Positions 30,571-41,151 of a stretch of 64,000 nucleotides of DNA are shown here, one piece after another. How positions within the stretch are numbered: position 1 is the first letter of the stretch; every line of letters starts with the position of its first letter. The position numbers and the translations under genes are program-made. The notes under the pieces are model-generated. The model saw only the letters and a list, made by a program, of their open reading frames with translations. It ran no database searches and was not told the DNA's origin. Where the stretch lies: assembly GCA_026224805.1 (NCBI GenBank), contig JAMFRN010000138.1, forward strand, positions 19,441 to 83,440. Direction: 5' to 3'. This stretch comes from Nevskia soli. Lineage in GTDB: Bacteria; Pseudomonadota; Gammaproteobacteria; Nevskiales; Nevskiaceae.

Positions 30571-31637
30571 AAATCATGATCGCCGCCGGCGGCACCGGAG
30601 GTCACGTGTTCCCCGGCCTGGCGGTGGCGCAGGTGCTGCGCGCCCGCGGCCACCAAGTGGTGTGGATGGGCACGCCGGACAGCTTCGAGGCGCGCACCGT
30701 GCCCAGGCACGGCATCGAAGTGCGCTTCGTGCGGGTCAAGGGCCTGCGCGGCAAGGGTGCGCTGAGCTGGCTCGGCGCGCCGCTGCGGCTGTTGCGCGCC
30801 TTGCGCGACGCACTAGCTGTCGTCCGCAGCGAACGTCCGGACGTGCTGCTCGGCATGGGCGGCTTCGCCGCCGGCCCCGGCGGCCTCGCCGCCTGGCTGA
30901 CGCGGCGGCCGCTGGTGATTCACGAGCAGAATTCCGTCGCCGGCCTGACCAACCGGCTGCTGGCGCGCCTCGCGCGGCGCGTGCTGGAAGCCTTCCCGCA
31001 GACCTTCGCCAGCGCCGAAACGGTGGGCAATCCGGTGCGCCCGGGCTTCGCCGAGCTGGCCGATCCGGCGCAGCGCATCGGCGCGCGCGGCACGAGTGGT
31101 TCGTCGGGGCATGTGCTGGTCATCGGCGGCAGCCTCGGCGCCAAGGCGCTCAATGAGATGGTGCCGGCGGCGCTGGCGCTGATCCCGGCGGCGCAGCGTC
31201 CGCTGGTGCGCCACCAGGGCGGCCGCACGCTGGAAGCGGCGCAGGCGGCCTATGCGCGGCACGGCGTGAGTGGCGAAGTGACCGCCTTCATCGACGACAT
31301 GGTCGCCGCCTACGGCTGGGCGGACCTGGTGATCTGCCGTGCCGGCGCGTCCACCGTAGCCGAACTGGCCGCGGCTGGCTGCGCCGCGCTGCTGGTGCCG
31401 TATCCCTACGCGGTCGATGACCACCAGACGCGCAACGGCCAGTACCTGGTCGATGCCGGCGCCGCGTTGATGTTGCCGGAAGATATCCTTACGCCCGAAT
31501 TGCTGGCGGAAATGCTGGAGGGCCTGCTGGCCCGGCGCGCGCAGCTGGCGACGATGGCGCAGGCGGCGCGCAAGGCGGCCTGGCCGGATGCGGTGAACGT
31601 GATCGCGGACGCCTGTCTGCAGGCGGCGGGCGCATGA
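30567..31637 (+). CDS. murG: Undecaprenyl-PP-MurNAc-pentapeptide GlcNAc transferase
   Basis: [37 protein letters not shown]. Confidence 0.95.
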   Translation: MKIMIAAGGTGGHVFPGLAVAQVLRARGHQVVWMGTPDSFEARTVPRHGIEVRFVRVKGLRGKGALSWLGAPLRLLRALRDALAVVRSERPDVLLGMGGFAAGPGGLAAWLTRRPLVIHEQNSVAGLTNRLLARLARRVLEAFPQTFASAETVGNPVRPGFAELADPAQRIGARGTSGSSGHVLVIGGSLGAKALNEMVPAALALIPAAQRPLVRHQGGRTLEAAQAAYARHGVSGEVTAFIDDMVAAYGWADLVICRAGASTVAELAAAGCAALLVPYPYAVDDHQTRNGQYLVDAGAALMLPEDILTPELLAEMLEGLLARRAQLATMAQAARKAAWPDAVNVIADACLQAAGA

Positions 31638-33082
31638 TGACCGTGACCGGCCAGCCCCAGCTCGCGCAGAAATGGATGCGCCGCGTGCGCCGCATCCACC
31701 TGCTCGGCATCGGCGGTTCCGGCATGGCCGGCATCGCCGAAGTGCTGCTCAACCTCGGCTACGCCGTGTCCGGCTCCGACCTGAAGGACAGCGCGGCGAC
31801 GCGGCGTTTGCAAAGCCTGGGCGCGAGCATCGAGTTCGGCCACGACGCGAGCCGCGTCGCCGGCGCCGACGTCATCGTGGTCTCCACCGCGGTGAAAGCG
31901 GACAATCCCGAGCTGCTGGCGGCGCGCGAGGCGCGCATCCCGGTGGTGCGCCGCGCCGAGATGCTGGCCGAGCTGATGCGCTTCCGCTACGGCGTGGCTA
32001 TCGCCGGCACCCACGGCAAGACCACCACCACCAGCCTGGTGGCCAGCGTGCTCGCCGAAGGCGGGCTCGACCCGACCTTCGTTGTCGGCGGACGCCTGAA
32101 GAGCGCCGGCGCCAACGCGCGCCTGGGTGGCGGCGCCTACCTGGTGGCCGAAGCCGACGAGAGCGATGCCTCTTTCCTACACCTGACGCCGATGATCGCG
32201 GTGGTGACCAACATCGACGCCGATCATCTGGAAACCTACGGCGGCGATTTCCGCCGCCTGCGCGCGACCTTCGTCGAATTCCTGCAACGCCTGCCGTTCT
32301 ACGGCCTGGCGGTACTGTGTGCCGACGATCCGGTAGTGCGCGAGATCCTGCCGGACGTGGGCCGGCCGGTGCTGACCTATGGCGTCGACCAGGCCGCCGA
32401 CCTGCGCGCCGAGGACATCCGCTTCGAAGCCTCCGGCGCGCATTTCACCGTGGTGCTGCCGGACGGCACGCGCGAGGCGCTGCACCTGAACCTGCCGGGC
32501 CGCCACAACGTGCAGAACGCGCTGGCCGCCATCGCCATCGCCCACGAGCTGGGCGTGAGCATGGCGGCGGTGCGCAAGGCCCTGACCGAATTCGAAGGGG
32601 TCGGCCGCCGCTGCGAGTCGCACGGCGATGTGGCGATCAAGACCCTGAGCGGCTCGGCGCTGGTGCGGTTGGTGGACGATTACGGCCACCATCCGCGCGA
32701 AATCGCGGCGACGCTGTCCGCCATGCGCGGCGCCTACCCGGGGCGGCGCCTGGTGGTGGCGTTCCAGCCGCACCGCTACTCGCGCACGCGCGACCTGTTC
32801 GACGATTTCTGCGCGGTGCTGTCGGACGTCGACGTGCTGCTGCTGACCGAAGTCTATGCCGCCGGCGAAGCACCGCTGCCGGAAGCCGATGGACGCGCCC
32901 TGGCGCGCGGCATCCGCGCGCGCGGCCGGGTCGAGCCGGTGTTCGTGAAGAGCGTGGCGGAAGCGCCCGGGGCGCTGTCCGGCATCGTGCGCGACGGCGA
33001 CGTGCTACTGACGCTTGGCGCCGGCGATATCGGCAATCTGCCGCATCTGCTGGAACAGCAGGCCGGGGAGGCGAACTCGTGA
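31634..33082 (+). CDS. murC: UDP-MurNAc:L-Ala ligase
   Basis: [39 protein letters not shown]. Confidence 0.96.
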   Translation: MMTVTGQPQLAQKWMRRVRRIHLLGIGGSGMAGIAEVLLNLGYAVSGSDLKDSAATRRLQSLGASIEFGHDASRVAGADVIVVSTAVKADNPELLAAREARIPVVRRAEMLAELMRFRYGVAIAGTHGKTTTTSLVASVLAEGGLDPTFVVGGRLKSAGANARLGGGAYLVAEADESDASFLHLTPMIAVVTNIDADHLETYGGDFRRLRATFVEFLQRLPFYGLAVLCADDPVVREILPDVGRPVLTYGVDQAADLRAEDIRFEASGAHFTVVLPDGTREALHLNLPGRHNVQNALAAIAIAHELGVSMAAVRKALTEFEGVGRRCESHGDVAIKTLSGSALVRLVDDYGHHPREIAATLSAMRGAYPGRRLVVAFQPHRYSRTRDLFDDFCAVLSDVDVLLLTEVYAAGEAPLPEADGRALARGIRARGRVEPVFVKSVAEAPGALSGIVRDGDVLLTLGAGDIGNLPHLLEQQAGEANS

Positions 33083-33984
33083 TGAACGAGCCGGGTCTGC
33101 CCAAGGTGCGCGGCATGCTGCGGCTCGACGAGCCGCTGGCGCGGCATACCAGCTGGCGCGTCGGCGGTCCGGCCGATCGCTATTTCGAGCCGGCGGACCG
33201 CGACGATCTGCTGACGCTGGTGCGCCAGCTGCCGCAGGGCGAGCCGGTGCTGTGGCTCGGCCTGGGCAGCAATCTACTGGTGCGCGACGGCGGTTTCCGC
33301 GGCACCGTGATCGCCTTGCACGGCGCACTCGACGGCCTGTCGCACGAAGGCGAAACCACCATTTGGGCGGAGGCCGGCGTGCATTGCGCGCGGCTGGCCA
33401 AGTTCGCCCAGCAAAACGAACTGGCCGGGCTTGGCTTCATGGCCGGCATTCCCGGCACGGTGGGCGGCGCGCTGGCGATGAATGCCGGCGCCTGGGGCGG
33501 CGAAACCTGGCGCGCGGTGCTGCAAGCGGAAGCGATTTTCCGCGACGGCCGTTGCGAGTGGCTGGGCGCGGAGCATTTCGGCGTGTCCTACCGCACTGTG
33601 CTGCCCCCGCCCGATTTCCTAGGCTTCATCGCGGCACGCTTGCGGGTCGGGCCGGACGACGGCAGCCATGCGCGGACCACGCGCGAGTCGCTGGCCCGGC
33701 GCAAGGCCACCCAGCCGGTGGGCAAGCCCAGCGCCGGCAGCACCTTCCGCAATCCGCCCGGCGACCATGCCGCGCGTCTGATCGAGAGCTGCGGCCTGAA
33801 GGGCCGGCGCATCGGCGGCGCCATGGTGTCGGAGCTGCATGCCAATTTCATTCTCACCGACGAGGACGCCAAGGCGGCCGACGTCGAACAACTGATTCAA
33901 ATGATCCGTACCACCGTGAAGCAGAACACCGGAATCGAGCTGGAGCCTGAAATCAGAATCGTCGGGGAGGCCGCGCATGCGTAG
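33082..33984 (+). CDS. murB: UDP-N-acetylenolpyruvoylglucosamine reductase
   Basis: HTSWRVGGPA, GLGSNLL, GIPGTVGGALAMNAGA, SAGSTFRNP, HANFI; ATG 33082 (or GTG 33079). Confidence 0.94.
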   Translation: MNEPGLPKVRGMLRLDEPLARHTSWRVGGPADRYFEPADRDDLLTLVRQLPQGEPVLWLGLGSNLLVRDGGFRGTVIALHGALDGLSHEGETTIWAEAGVHCARLAKFAQQNELAGLGFMAGIPGTVGGALAMNAGAWGGETWRAVLQAEAIFRDGRCEWLGAEHFGVSYRTVLPPPDFLGFIAARLRVGPDDGSHARTTRESLARRKATQPVGKPSAGSTFRNPPGDHAARLIESCGLKGRRIGGAMVSELHANFILTDEDAKAADVEQLIQMIRTTVKQNTGIELEPEIRIVGEAAHA

Positions 33985-34927
33985 GCTCACTTCCAATCCC
34001 CAAGACTTCGGCCGCGTCGCGGTGTTGATGGGCGGCTGGTCAGCAGAAAGAGAAGTGTCGCTATGGAGCGGGCAGGGCGTGCTCGAAGCGCTGCTGCGCC
34101 GCGGCGTCGACGCGGTGGCGGTGGATGCCACCCGCGAGCTGATCCTGACGCTGGGACAGCAGGGCTTCGCCCGCGCCTTCAACGTGCTGCACGGTACCGG
34201 CGGCGAAGACGGCACGCTGCAGGCGGTGCTGGATCTGCAAGGAGTGCCCTACACCGGCAGCGGCGTGCTGGCCTCGGCGCTGGCGATGGACAAGCTGCGC
34301 AGCAAGCGGATGTGGAAGGCCGAAGGCTTGCCGACGCCGGAGTGGATGGCGCTGCGCGAGCCGGGCGATGCGCTGCGCGCCGCCGAGCAGTTCGGCTATC
34401 CGCTGTTCGTCAAGCCGTCCGAGGAAGGCTCCAGCGTCGGCATCAGCAAGGTCAAGTTCGCCACGCAGCTCGGCTCGGCTTTCCGCCGCGCCCGCGGCGA
34501 CTACGAGGAGCGGCCGCGCGCAGTGCTGGCGGAGCGCTTCATTGCCGGCGGCGAGTACACCTGCGCCATCCTCGACGGTCAGCCGCTGCCGCTGATCCGC
34601 ATCGAGCCGGAAGGCGAGTTCTACGACTATCACGCCAAGTACATCTCCGACCAGACGCGCTACCACTGCCCGTCCAATCTCGATCCGCTGCACGAGTCTG
34701 AACTGCTGACGATGTGCGCCCGCGCCTTCGAGCTGATCGGCGGCCGCGGCTGGGGCCGCGTCGACTTCATGCTGGATGTGCAGGGCAAGCCCTGGCTGCT
34801 GGAAATCAACACGGTGCCGGGAATGACCTCGCACAGCCTGGTGCCGATGGCGGCGCGCGCCGCCGGCATGGATTACGAGGCGCTGTGCTGGGCGGTGCTG
34901 GAAACCACGCTGGGAGGCGCCACGTGA
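33977..34927 (+). CDS. ddl: D-alanine--D-alanine ligase
   Basis: GGWSAEREVS, LHGTGGEDG, GSSVG, FYDYHAKY, LEINTVPG. Confidence 0.95.
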   Translation: MRRLTSNPQDFGRVAVLMGGWSAEREVSLWSGQGVLEALLRRGVDAVAVDATRELILTLGQQGFARAFNVLHGTGGEDGTLQAVLDLQGVPYTGSGVLASALAMDKLRSKRMWKAEGLPTPEWMALREPGDALRAAEQFGYPLFVKPSEEGSSVGISKVKFATQLGSAFRRARGDYEERPRAVLAERFIAGGEYTCAILDGQPLPLIRIEPEGEFYDYHAKYISDQTRYHCPSNLDPLHESELLTMCARAFELIGGRGWGRVDFMLDVQGKPWLLEINTVPGMTSHSLVPMAARAAGMDYEALCWAVLETTLGGAT

Positions 34928-35817
34928 GTGCCGGAGCCATGGCCATGCCGATGAACGACGCACCGACACTGCCGCGTGCTCTGCTGCCGGCGATCGTGGC
35001 GGCGCTCCTGCTGGCTGTCGCGATGCTGCTCGGGCATGCCCTGAAGCCGCTGCTGAACCGGCCCCTGCAGGCTCTGCGGGTCGACGGCCAGCTGTTGCAC
35101 CTGACGCCGCAGCAGATCGCGGCGGCGGCGGCCATCGCGCCCGGCGCGCGCCTGTTCGACGTGCGGCTGGACGCGGTGCGGGCGCAGGTGGAAAGCCTGC
35201 CCTGGGTGGCGCATGCGCGCGTCTCGCGGGTCTGGCCGGGACGCATCGCGGTGCGGGTGTGGGAGCGCAAGCCCTATGCCCTGTGGGGCGACAAGGGCCT
35301 GGTCGACGAGGAAGGCGTGGCGTTCACGCCGCCGCAGCAGGATCTGCCGCAGGGCCTGCCGCGCCTGGCCGGTCCGGACGGGCGTGAGGCCGAAGTGATG
35401 CAGAACTACCAGGCCATCGCCGAAACCCTGGCCGGCAGCGCGTTCGCGCCGGACGGGCTGCGCCTGGACGCGCGCGGCTCATGGACCCTGCACAGTGCCG
35501 GCGGCATCGAGCTGCGCCTGGGCGAGGACGATCCGCGCAGCAAGATCGCGCTGCTGCAGGGCGCGGTGACGCACACGCTGGCCGACAAGCTGGATCAGGT
35601 CGCCTACATCGACCTGCGCTACAGCAACGGCTTCGCCGTGGGCTGGAAGGACACCGGGCCGTGCCCGGCTACCCCGACTACCCCGACTAAAAAGAGTGCC
35701 GCGCCAGGAACGGCGCGGCCGGACTGCGGCCGCAAGGATGCGACGCAGGCAATGAACGCAACCGCCCGGCCGCCGGCCGCGGGTGCCAAAGCCGCAGAGG
35801 GCAACAAGCATGAGTAG
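34924..35817 (+). CDS. ftsQ: Cell division protein FtsQ with extended C-terminus
   Basis: GTG overlaps the ddl stop; POTRA LPWVAHARVSRVWP; YIDLRYSNGFAVGW. Confidence 0.9.
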   Translation: MSAGAMAMPMNDAPTLPRALLPAIVAALLLAVAMLLGHALKPLLNRPLQALRVDGQLLHLTPQQIAAAAAIAPGARLFDVRLDAVRAQVESLPWVAHARVSRVWPGRIAVRVWERKPYALWGDKGLVDEEGVAFTPPQQDLPQGLPRLAGPDGREAEVMQNYQAIAETLAGSAFAPDGLRLDARGSWTLHSAGGIELRLGEDDPRSKIALLQGAVTHTLADKLDQVAYIDLRYSNGFAVGWKDTGPCPATPTTPTKKSAAPGTARPDCGRKDATQAMNATARPPAAGAKAAEGNKHE

Positions 35818-37045
35818 ACGCCAAGCCACCGAATACCTAGTCAGCCTCGATGTCGGCACCTCCAAGGTGGCCGCGCTGATCGGCGAGGTGAGCCAGACCG
35901 GACTGGTGCGGGTGATCGGCCTCGGCACTTCGCCGACGCGCGGCCTGAAGAAGGGCGTGGTGGTGAACATCGAGGCCACGGTGGAGTCGATCCGCCGCGC
36001 CGTTGAAGCCGCCGAGCTGATGGCCAACTGCCGCGTGCGCGCCGCCCATGTCGGCATCACCGGCAGCCACATCCGCAGCCTCAACTCGGTCGGCGTGGTG
36101 CCGATCCGCCACCGCGAGATCGGCCAGCGCGACGTCGACGCGGTGATCGAGGCGGCGAGCGCCCTGGCGATTCCCGCCGACCAGCAGATCCTGCACGTGA
36201 TTCCACAGGAGTTCGTGGTCGACGGCCAGGAAGGCATCCTCGATCCGATCGGCATGAGCGCGGTGCGCTTGGAAGCCAAGGTGCACATGGTCACTGGCAC
36301 GCTGTCCGCCGCGCAGAACCTCTACAAGTGCGTTGAGCGCTGCGGCCTGACGGTGGAGAAGCTGGTGCTGCAGCACCTGGCATCGGCCGACGCGGTGCTG
36401 TCGCCGGACGAGCGCGATCTCGGCGTCGCCGTGGTGGACATCGGCGGCGGTACCACCGACATCGCCGTGTTCAAGGGCGGCTCGATCCGGCATACCGCGG
36501 TGGTGCCGATCGCCGGCGACCTGGTCACCAGCGATGTCGCCGTGGCTTTCCGCACGCCGGGCCAGCACGCCGAGCAGATCAAGCTCAAGTACGGCTGCGC
36601 CCTGCCGGAGATGGTGCAGCACGATCCCGGCATCGAGGTGCCCGGCGTGGGCGAGACGCCGCCGCGGCGGCTGTCGCGGCAGATGCTGGCCGAGGTGATG
36701 CGGCCGCGCTACGAGGAGCTGTTCCGCTACGTGCGCAAGGAGCTGCATCGCGCCGACGTTTACGACCTCATCGCCGGCGGTGTGGTGCTGACCGGCGGCG
36801 CGGCGCAGACCCCCGGCATCCTCGAGCTGGCGGAGGAAGTGCTGGACGTGGCGGTGCGGCTGGGCCTGCCGCACCAGGTGGAAGGCATCGAGGAAGTGAC
36901 GCGCAGCCCGGCCTACGCCACCGGCGTGGGGCTGCTGCTGTTCGCCCGACAACAGAGGCCGGCCGGCGGATCGCATCTGTCCGGCACGGCCGGAATGCAG
37001 CACTGGATGGGACGCGTCCAGGGCTGGTTGAAGGGTCATTTTTAG
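35810..37045 (+). CDS. ftsA: Cell division protein FtsA
   Basis: LDVGTSKV, VDIGGGTTD, GVVLTGG, YATGVGLL, C-terminal amphipathic helix. Confidence 0.95.
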   Translation: MSRRQATEYLVSLDVGTSKVAALIGEVSQTGLVRVIGLGTSPTRGLKKGVVVNIEATVESIRRAVEAAELMANCRVRAAHVGITGSHIRSLNSVGVVPIRHREIGQRDVDAVIEAASALAIPADQQILHVIPQEFVVDGQEGILDPIGMSAVRLEAKVHMVTGTLSAAQNLYKCVERCGLTVEKLVLQHLASADAVLSPDERDLGVAVVDIGGGTTDIAVFKGGSIRHTAVVPIAGDLVTSDVAVAFRTPGQHAEQIKLKYGCALPEMVQHDPGIEVPGVGETPPRRLSRQMLAEVMRPRYEELFRYVRKELHRADVYDLIAGGVVLTGGAAQTPGILELAEEVLDVAVRLGLPHQVEGIEEVTRSPAYATGVGLLLFARQQRPAGGSHLSGTAGMQHWMGRVQGWLKGHF

Positions 37046-37119
37046 CGGTATCGATTTCTGGGTTGTAACAAGGACGTTTCAGGCGGGTTGTTCTCAAAAG
37101 ATTTTGTAAGGAGGCTGAC

Positions 37120-38334
37120 ATGGCGAATGTGGTACCAGAGATGTTCGAGTTGGTGGACGGTCAATGCAAGCGCGCCGTGATCCGTGTGATCGGCGTGGGC
37201 GGCGGTGGCTGCAATACGGTCAACCAGATGGCGGCGGCGAATATCCAGGGTGTGGAATTCATCTCCGCCAACACGGATCGGGATCATTTGGAAAAGTGCG
37301 TGCCGACGCTGCAGCTGCAGCTCGGCGCGGAAGTGACGCGCGGTCTTGGCGCCGGCTCCAATCCCAAGCTGGGACGGGAAGCGGCGGAAGAGGATCGCGA
37401 CCGCATCCGCGAGATGCTGGAAGGCACCGACCTGCTGTTCATCACCGCCGGCATGGGTGGTGGCACCGGCACCGGCGCCGCGCCGGTGATCGCGGAGATC
37501 GCGCGCGAGCTGGAAATCCTCACCGTGGCGGTGGTGACCAAGCCGTTCCCGCATGAGGGCAAGAAGCGCCTGATGGTGGCGCAGGAAGGCATCCGCGAGC
37601 TGCAGCAGCATGTCGACTCGCTGATCATGATCCCCAACGAGAAGCTGCGCCTGGTGCTGGGCGGCAACGTCACCCTGCTCAGCGGTTTCAAGGCGGCCAA
37701 CGATGTACTGCAGAACGCGGTGCAGGGCATTTCCGACCTGATCACCCGTCCGGGCATGATGAACGTGGACTTCGCCGACGTGAAGACGGTGATGAGCAAC
37801 CGCGGCATGGCCATGATGGGGTTGGGCTCGGCGTCCGGTGAAGACCGCGCCAAGCGGGCGGTGGAAGCGGCGCTGTCCAGCCCGCTGCTCGATGATCTGG
37901 AGCTGATCGGCGCGCGCGGCATCCTGGTCAACATCACCTGCGACGAAAGCCTGACCCTGGACGAGCTGGAGCTGGTCAACGAGCGCATCAACGAGATCGC
38001 CTCGGCCGAAGTCGACATGAAGTGCGGCACCAGCTTCGACCCGGCGCTGAACGGCGAGCTGCGGGTGACGGTGGTCGCCACCGGCCTGGAAGGCTCGCGC
38101 GCCGTGGCCAGCAAGGCCAAGGAAGCGGCCATGGCCATGGAACAGCCGCGCCTGAAGTCTCCGGGCGTGGTGACGCCGCTGCGCACGCCGTCGGCCTGGC
38201 CGGCGCGTGGGCACGATGTGGAAATCCCGCCGGCGCGCCATGCCCGGCCGGCTACTTCGGCCAGCCTGATGGCGCTGGATTACAACGAGGAGCTGCTGGA
38301 TATTCCGGCGTTCCTGCGTGCCCAGGCTGACTGA
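37120..38334 (+). CDS. ftsZ: Cell division protein FtsZ
   Basis: GGGTGTG signature, NVDFADV T7 loop, C-terminal LDIPAFLRAQAD; SD AAGGAGG. Confidence 0.97.
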   Translation: MANVVPEMFELVDGQCKRAVIRVIGVGGGGCNTVNQMAAANIQGVEFISANTDRDHLEKCVPTLQLQLGAEVTRGLGAGSNPKLGREAAEEDRDRIREMLEGTDLLFITAGMGGGTGTGAAPVIAEIARELEILTVAVVTKPFPHEGKKRLMVAQEGIRELQQHVDSLIMIPNEKLRLVLGGNVTLLSGFKAANDVLQNAVQGISDLITRPGMMNVDFADVKTVMSNRGMAMMGLGSASGEDRAKRAVEAALSSPLLDDLELIGARGILVNITCDESLTLDELELVNERINEIASAEVDMKCGTSFDPALNGELRVTVVATGLEGSRAVASKAKEAAMAMEQPRLKSPGVVTPLRTPSAWPARGHDVEIPPARHARPATSASLMALDYNEELLDIPAFLRAQAD

Positions 38335-38340
38335 AAAGTC

Positions 38341-38448
38341 TGACGTCCTGTCAAGCACCGCGCCATCCATGGTGCGGACTGTTGAAACAGGCGGCTGAGA
38401 TGGGCGGTTGAGGCAGGCGGTTGAAACAAGCGGGATCTGGACCGCTTG
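38341..38448 (+). repeat. Structured repeat element, copy A (two hairpins, 4x13-nt tandem, third hairpin)
   Basis: Core 38352-38388 matches 41196-41232 at 32 of 37 positions by manual alignment; stem differences preserve pairing. Confidence 0.8.
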
Positions 38449-38687
38449 GATCGGCAGGGTTGGAAGGTCAGGGGTGCTCGCCATGGCGCGTCTGATGTTG
38501 CAGGGTGCAGTGGCCGGGCCAGGGAAGGCTCGGCTGCCGCGACCCCTGCCGTCTGGCGGGGGGTGTCGGGGCTCGGTTAAGAAGGCTTAACCGGGCCGGC
38601 TGGAACTCCGTGTTAAAATATCCGTCTCAAGCCGACTTCCCGGCCATATCACCCGCCTCGAGCGGGGTGCCGCATAAACCTTAAAAC

Positions 38688-39605
38688 ATGATCCGGCAGC
38701 GAACCCTACGCAATCCGATCCGCGCCAGCGGCATCGGTCTCCACAGCGGACAGAAAGTGTTCATGTCGCTGCTGCCGGCTGGCCCGGACACCGGCATCCT
38801 GTTCCGCCGGGTGGACCTGAGTCCGCCGCGGGAAGTGCCGGCGCGGGCTCTGGCGGTCAATGAAACCACGCTGTCGAGCAACCTGGTGGTGGATGGGGTC
38901 AAGGTTGCCACCGTCGAGCACTTGATGTCGGCCCTGGCCGGCATGGGCATCGACAATTGCGTAGTGGAGCTGTCCTCGCCGGAAGTGCCGATCATGGATG
39001 GCAGCGCCGGACCGTTCGTGTTCCTGATCCAGTCGGCCGGCATCCACGAGCAGGATGCGCCCAAGCGCTTCCTGCGCATGAAGCAGCCGGTTGAGGTGAC
39101 CGACGGCGACAAATGGGCGCGGCTGGAACCCTACGAGGGCTTCCGCCTCAGCTTCCATATCGATTTTGATCATCCGCTGCTGAAGTCGACGGCGCAGCAG
39201 GCCACGGTCGATTTTTCGACCAGCGCCTATATCCGCGAAGTCAGCCGCGCGCGCACCTTCGGCTTCATGCGCGAGTTCGAGTTCCTGCGTTCCCGCCGCC
39301 TGGCGCTCGGCGCCAGTCTGGAAAACGCGGTGGCGGTGGATGAGTTCCGCGTGCTCAACCAGGACGGCTTGCGCTACGACGACGAGTTCGTGCGCCACAA
39401 GATCCTCGATGCGGTGGGCGATCTGTACCTGCTGGGCCAGCCGCTGCTGGGCGCCTACACCGCCTTCAAGTCTGGCCATGCGCTCAACAACAAGCTGGCG
39501 CGGGCGGTGCTGGAAGACACTTCAGCATGGGAAACGGTGATCTTCGAGGACGAACGCGCCGCTGCCCCGGCTTTTTACACAAAAACTGCCGCTGCCCTGG
39601 TCTGA
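38688..39605 (+). CDS. lpxC: UDP-3-O-acyl-GlcNAc deacetylase
   Basis: [40 protein letters not shown]. Confidence 0.97.
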   Translation: MIRQRTLRNPIRASGIGLHSGQKVFMSLLPAGPDTGILFRRVDLSPPREVPARALAVNETTLSSNLVVDGVKVATVEHLMSALAGMGIDNCVVELSSPEVPIMDGSAGPFVFLIQSAGIHEQDAPKRFLRMKQPVEVTDGDKWARLEPYEGFRLSFHIDFDHPLLKSTAQQATVDFSTSAYIREVSRARTFGFMREFEFLRSRRLALGASLENAVAVDEFRVLNQDGLRYDDEFVRHKILDAVGDLYLLGQPLLGAYTAFKSGHALNNKLARAVLEDTSAWETVIFEDERAAAPAFYTKTAAALV

Positions 39606-39839
39606 ATCCTGGCGCTGCGGTCAATCGACGGTCTTCCACGTTAGGTTGAATCGGCCCAAAGAGGTTCGGTGGATGGACTGCCGGGCAGCTTCGATCAGCC
39701 TCCGGTTTCAATCCAAGTATTTGTAAAGATTGAGTTGATTGCGTGCCTGCCGATTTCCCGCAGGAGCGGCGGATCACGCCCGCTTGTGGTGCGCTAAAGC
39801 TTGCATCAAGGTCAATACCCTGTTTAGACTGGCCAAAAC

Positions 39840-40166
39840 CTAACCGCTTTTTGCGGTCGGGTTGATTTTCACTTCAACTTTTGTGGAAGCCAAACCTAGG
39901 CGCTGGCGCAAGAAATGGATCAATTCTTGCTGCTTATAGCGAACTTGAGTAAGAGCGGCGGCTGAAGCGGCATAAATGACCAAAACGCCGTCACGCTCGT
40001 TGGCAATCGTCAGGGAAGAAGCCAGCGGTTCGCCGGCCCAGTCACGAAGTGCGGATTGGATGTCCGCCAGCTGACTGGCGCGGGCCAGCAGGCTGTGCAC
40101 AGAGGAACCTGGATCGTTTAAACATGCGCCGATGCCTTTGGCGTCGGGCTCCCGAGGGGGCTTCAT
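39840..40166 (-). CDS. DciA/DUF721 family helicase-loader-like protein
   Basis: 108 aa antisense ORF at the conserved lpxC-secA position; LVIYAASAAALTQVRYKQQELI resembles the KH-like domain. Confidence 0.7.
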   Translation of the reverse strand: MKPPREPDAKGIGACLNDPGSSVHSLLARASQLADIQSALRDWAGEPLASSLTIANERDGVLVIYAASAAALTQVRYKQQELIHFLRQRLGLASTKVEVKINPTAKSG

Positions 40167-40191
40167 CAGCTTTGCGGGGTAGGTTGTCTTA

Positions 40192-41130
40192 ATGGATATT
40201 ATTTTAGTCAGTCACGCACGCGGCCGCACTTGGCGACTGCGCTTTGAGCCACGCAGCATCATAAGCTGGTTGCCGGTTGGCTTCTGTGCGCTGGTGCTCA
40301 TTGGCATCTGCTTTTCCGCCGGCTGGCTGATGCGTCCGGCGAGCGGCCTGCTGCCGGCCAACGTCGTGAGCCAATGGGACGGCCAGCTGCAGCAGCAGCG
40401 TGGCGAGTTGCAGACGGCCCGCGCCAAGGCCGAGGAAGATGCCAATGCCCTGTCGCGGCGCATCGCCGAGCTACAGGCCTATGTCATGCGCCTGGACGCC
40501 GCCGGCAGCCGTATGACGCAAATTGCCCATATCGACCCCGCCGAGTTCAATTTTGACAAGCCGCCGCCCATGGGCGGCCCGGAAGTGCAGCTTGGCAATC
40601 AGCCGGCGCAGCCGGTGGCGCTGGCCGATGTGCTGGGTTCCCTGGACCAGTTGCAGCAGCAGCTGGGCGACCGCGAGCGGCAGATGCGGGTGCTGGAAGA
40701 CCTGCTGCTGGCCGGCCGCCTGGAAAAGGAAGTGCGCCCTTCCGGCTGGCCCATCAGCGGCGGCTACATCACCTCAGGTTTCGGCATCCGCACCGATCCC
40801 TTCACCGGTCTGCGCGACTATCACCCGGGCATCGATTTCGCCGCACCGGAAGGCTCGCAGGTCATGGCCGTGGCCGCCGGCATCGTCACCGAGGCGGGCG
40901 AGCGCAATGGCTACGGCAACCTGGTGGAAATCGACCACGGCAACGGCTATGTCACCCGCTACGGTCATAACGAGAAGCTACTGGTCAAGGTCGGCGACCG
41001 CGTCCGCAGGGGCCAGGCGATCTCGTTGATTGGCAGCACAGGCCGCTCCACCGGGCCGCATGTGCACTTCGAAGTGGTGCTGAACGGCAGCGTGGTCAAT
41101 CCTGAGCAGTACATCCAGGCGGCGCGCTAA
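40192..41130 (+). CDS. M23 family metallopeptidase with coiled coil
   Basis: ITSGFG, HPGIDFA (HxxxD), STGPHVHFEV (HxH). Confidence 0.92.
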   Translation: MDIILVSHARGRTWRLRFEPRSIISWLPVGFCALVLIGICFSAGWLMRPASGLLPANVVSQWDGQLQQQRGELQTARAKAEEDANALSRRIAELQAYVMRLDAAGSRMTQIAHIDPAEFNFDKPPPMGGPEVQLGNQPAQPVALADVLGSLDQLQQQLGDRERQMRVLEDLLLAGRLEKEVRPSGWPISGGYITSGFGIRTDPFTGLRDYHPGIDFAAPEGSQVMAVAAGIVTEAGERNGYGNLVEIDHGNGYVTRYGHNEKLLVKVGDRVRRGQAISLIGSTGRSTGPHVHFEVVLNGSVVNPEQYIQAAR

Positions 41131-41151
41131 GCGCGTAGCCGTATGGCTGTA

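Noticed and set aside
23336-34714. Apparent long N-terminal extensions or fusions of murE, murG, murB and ftsQ in the ORF track
   Set aside because: Artefacts of longest-ORF calling; real starts overlap upstream stops (NTGA coupling)
39705-39716. GTTTCAATCCA, the reverse complement of a type I-C repeat end
   Set aside because: Single short match with no hairpin and no second copy
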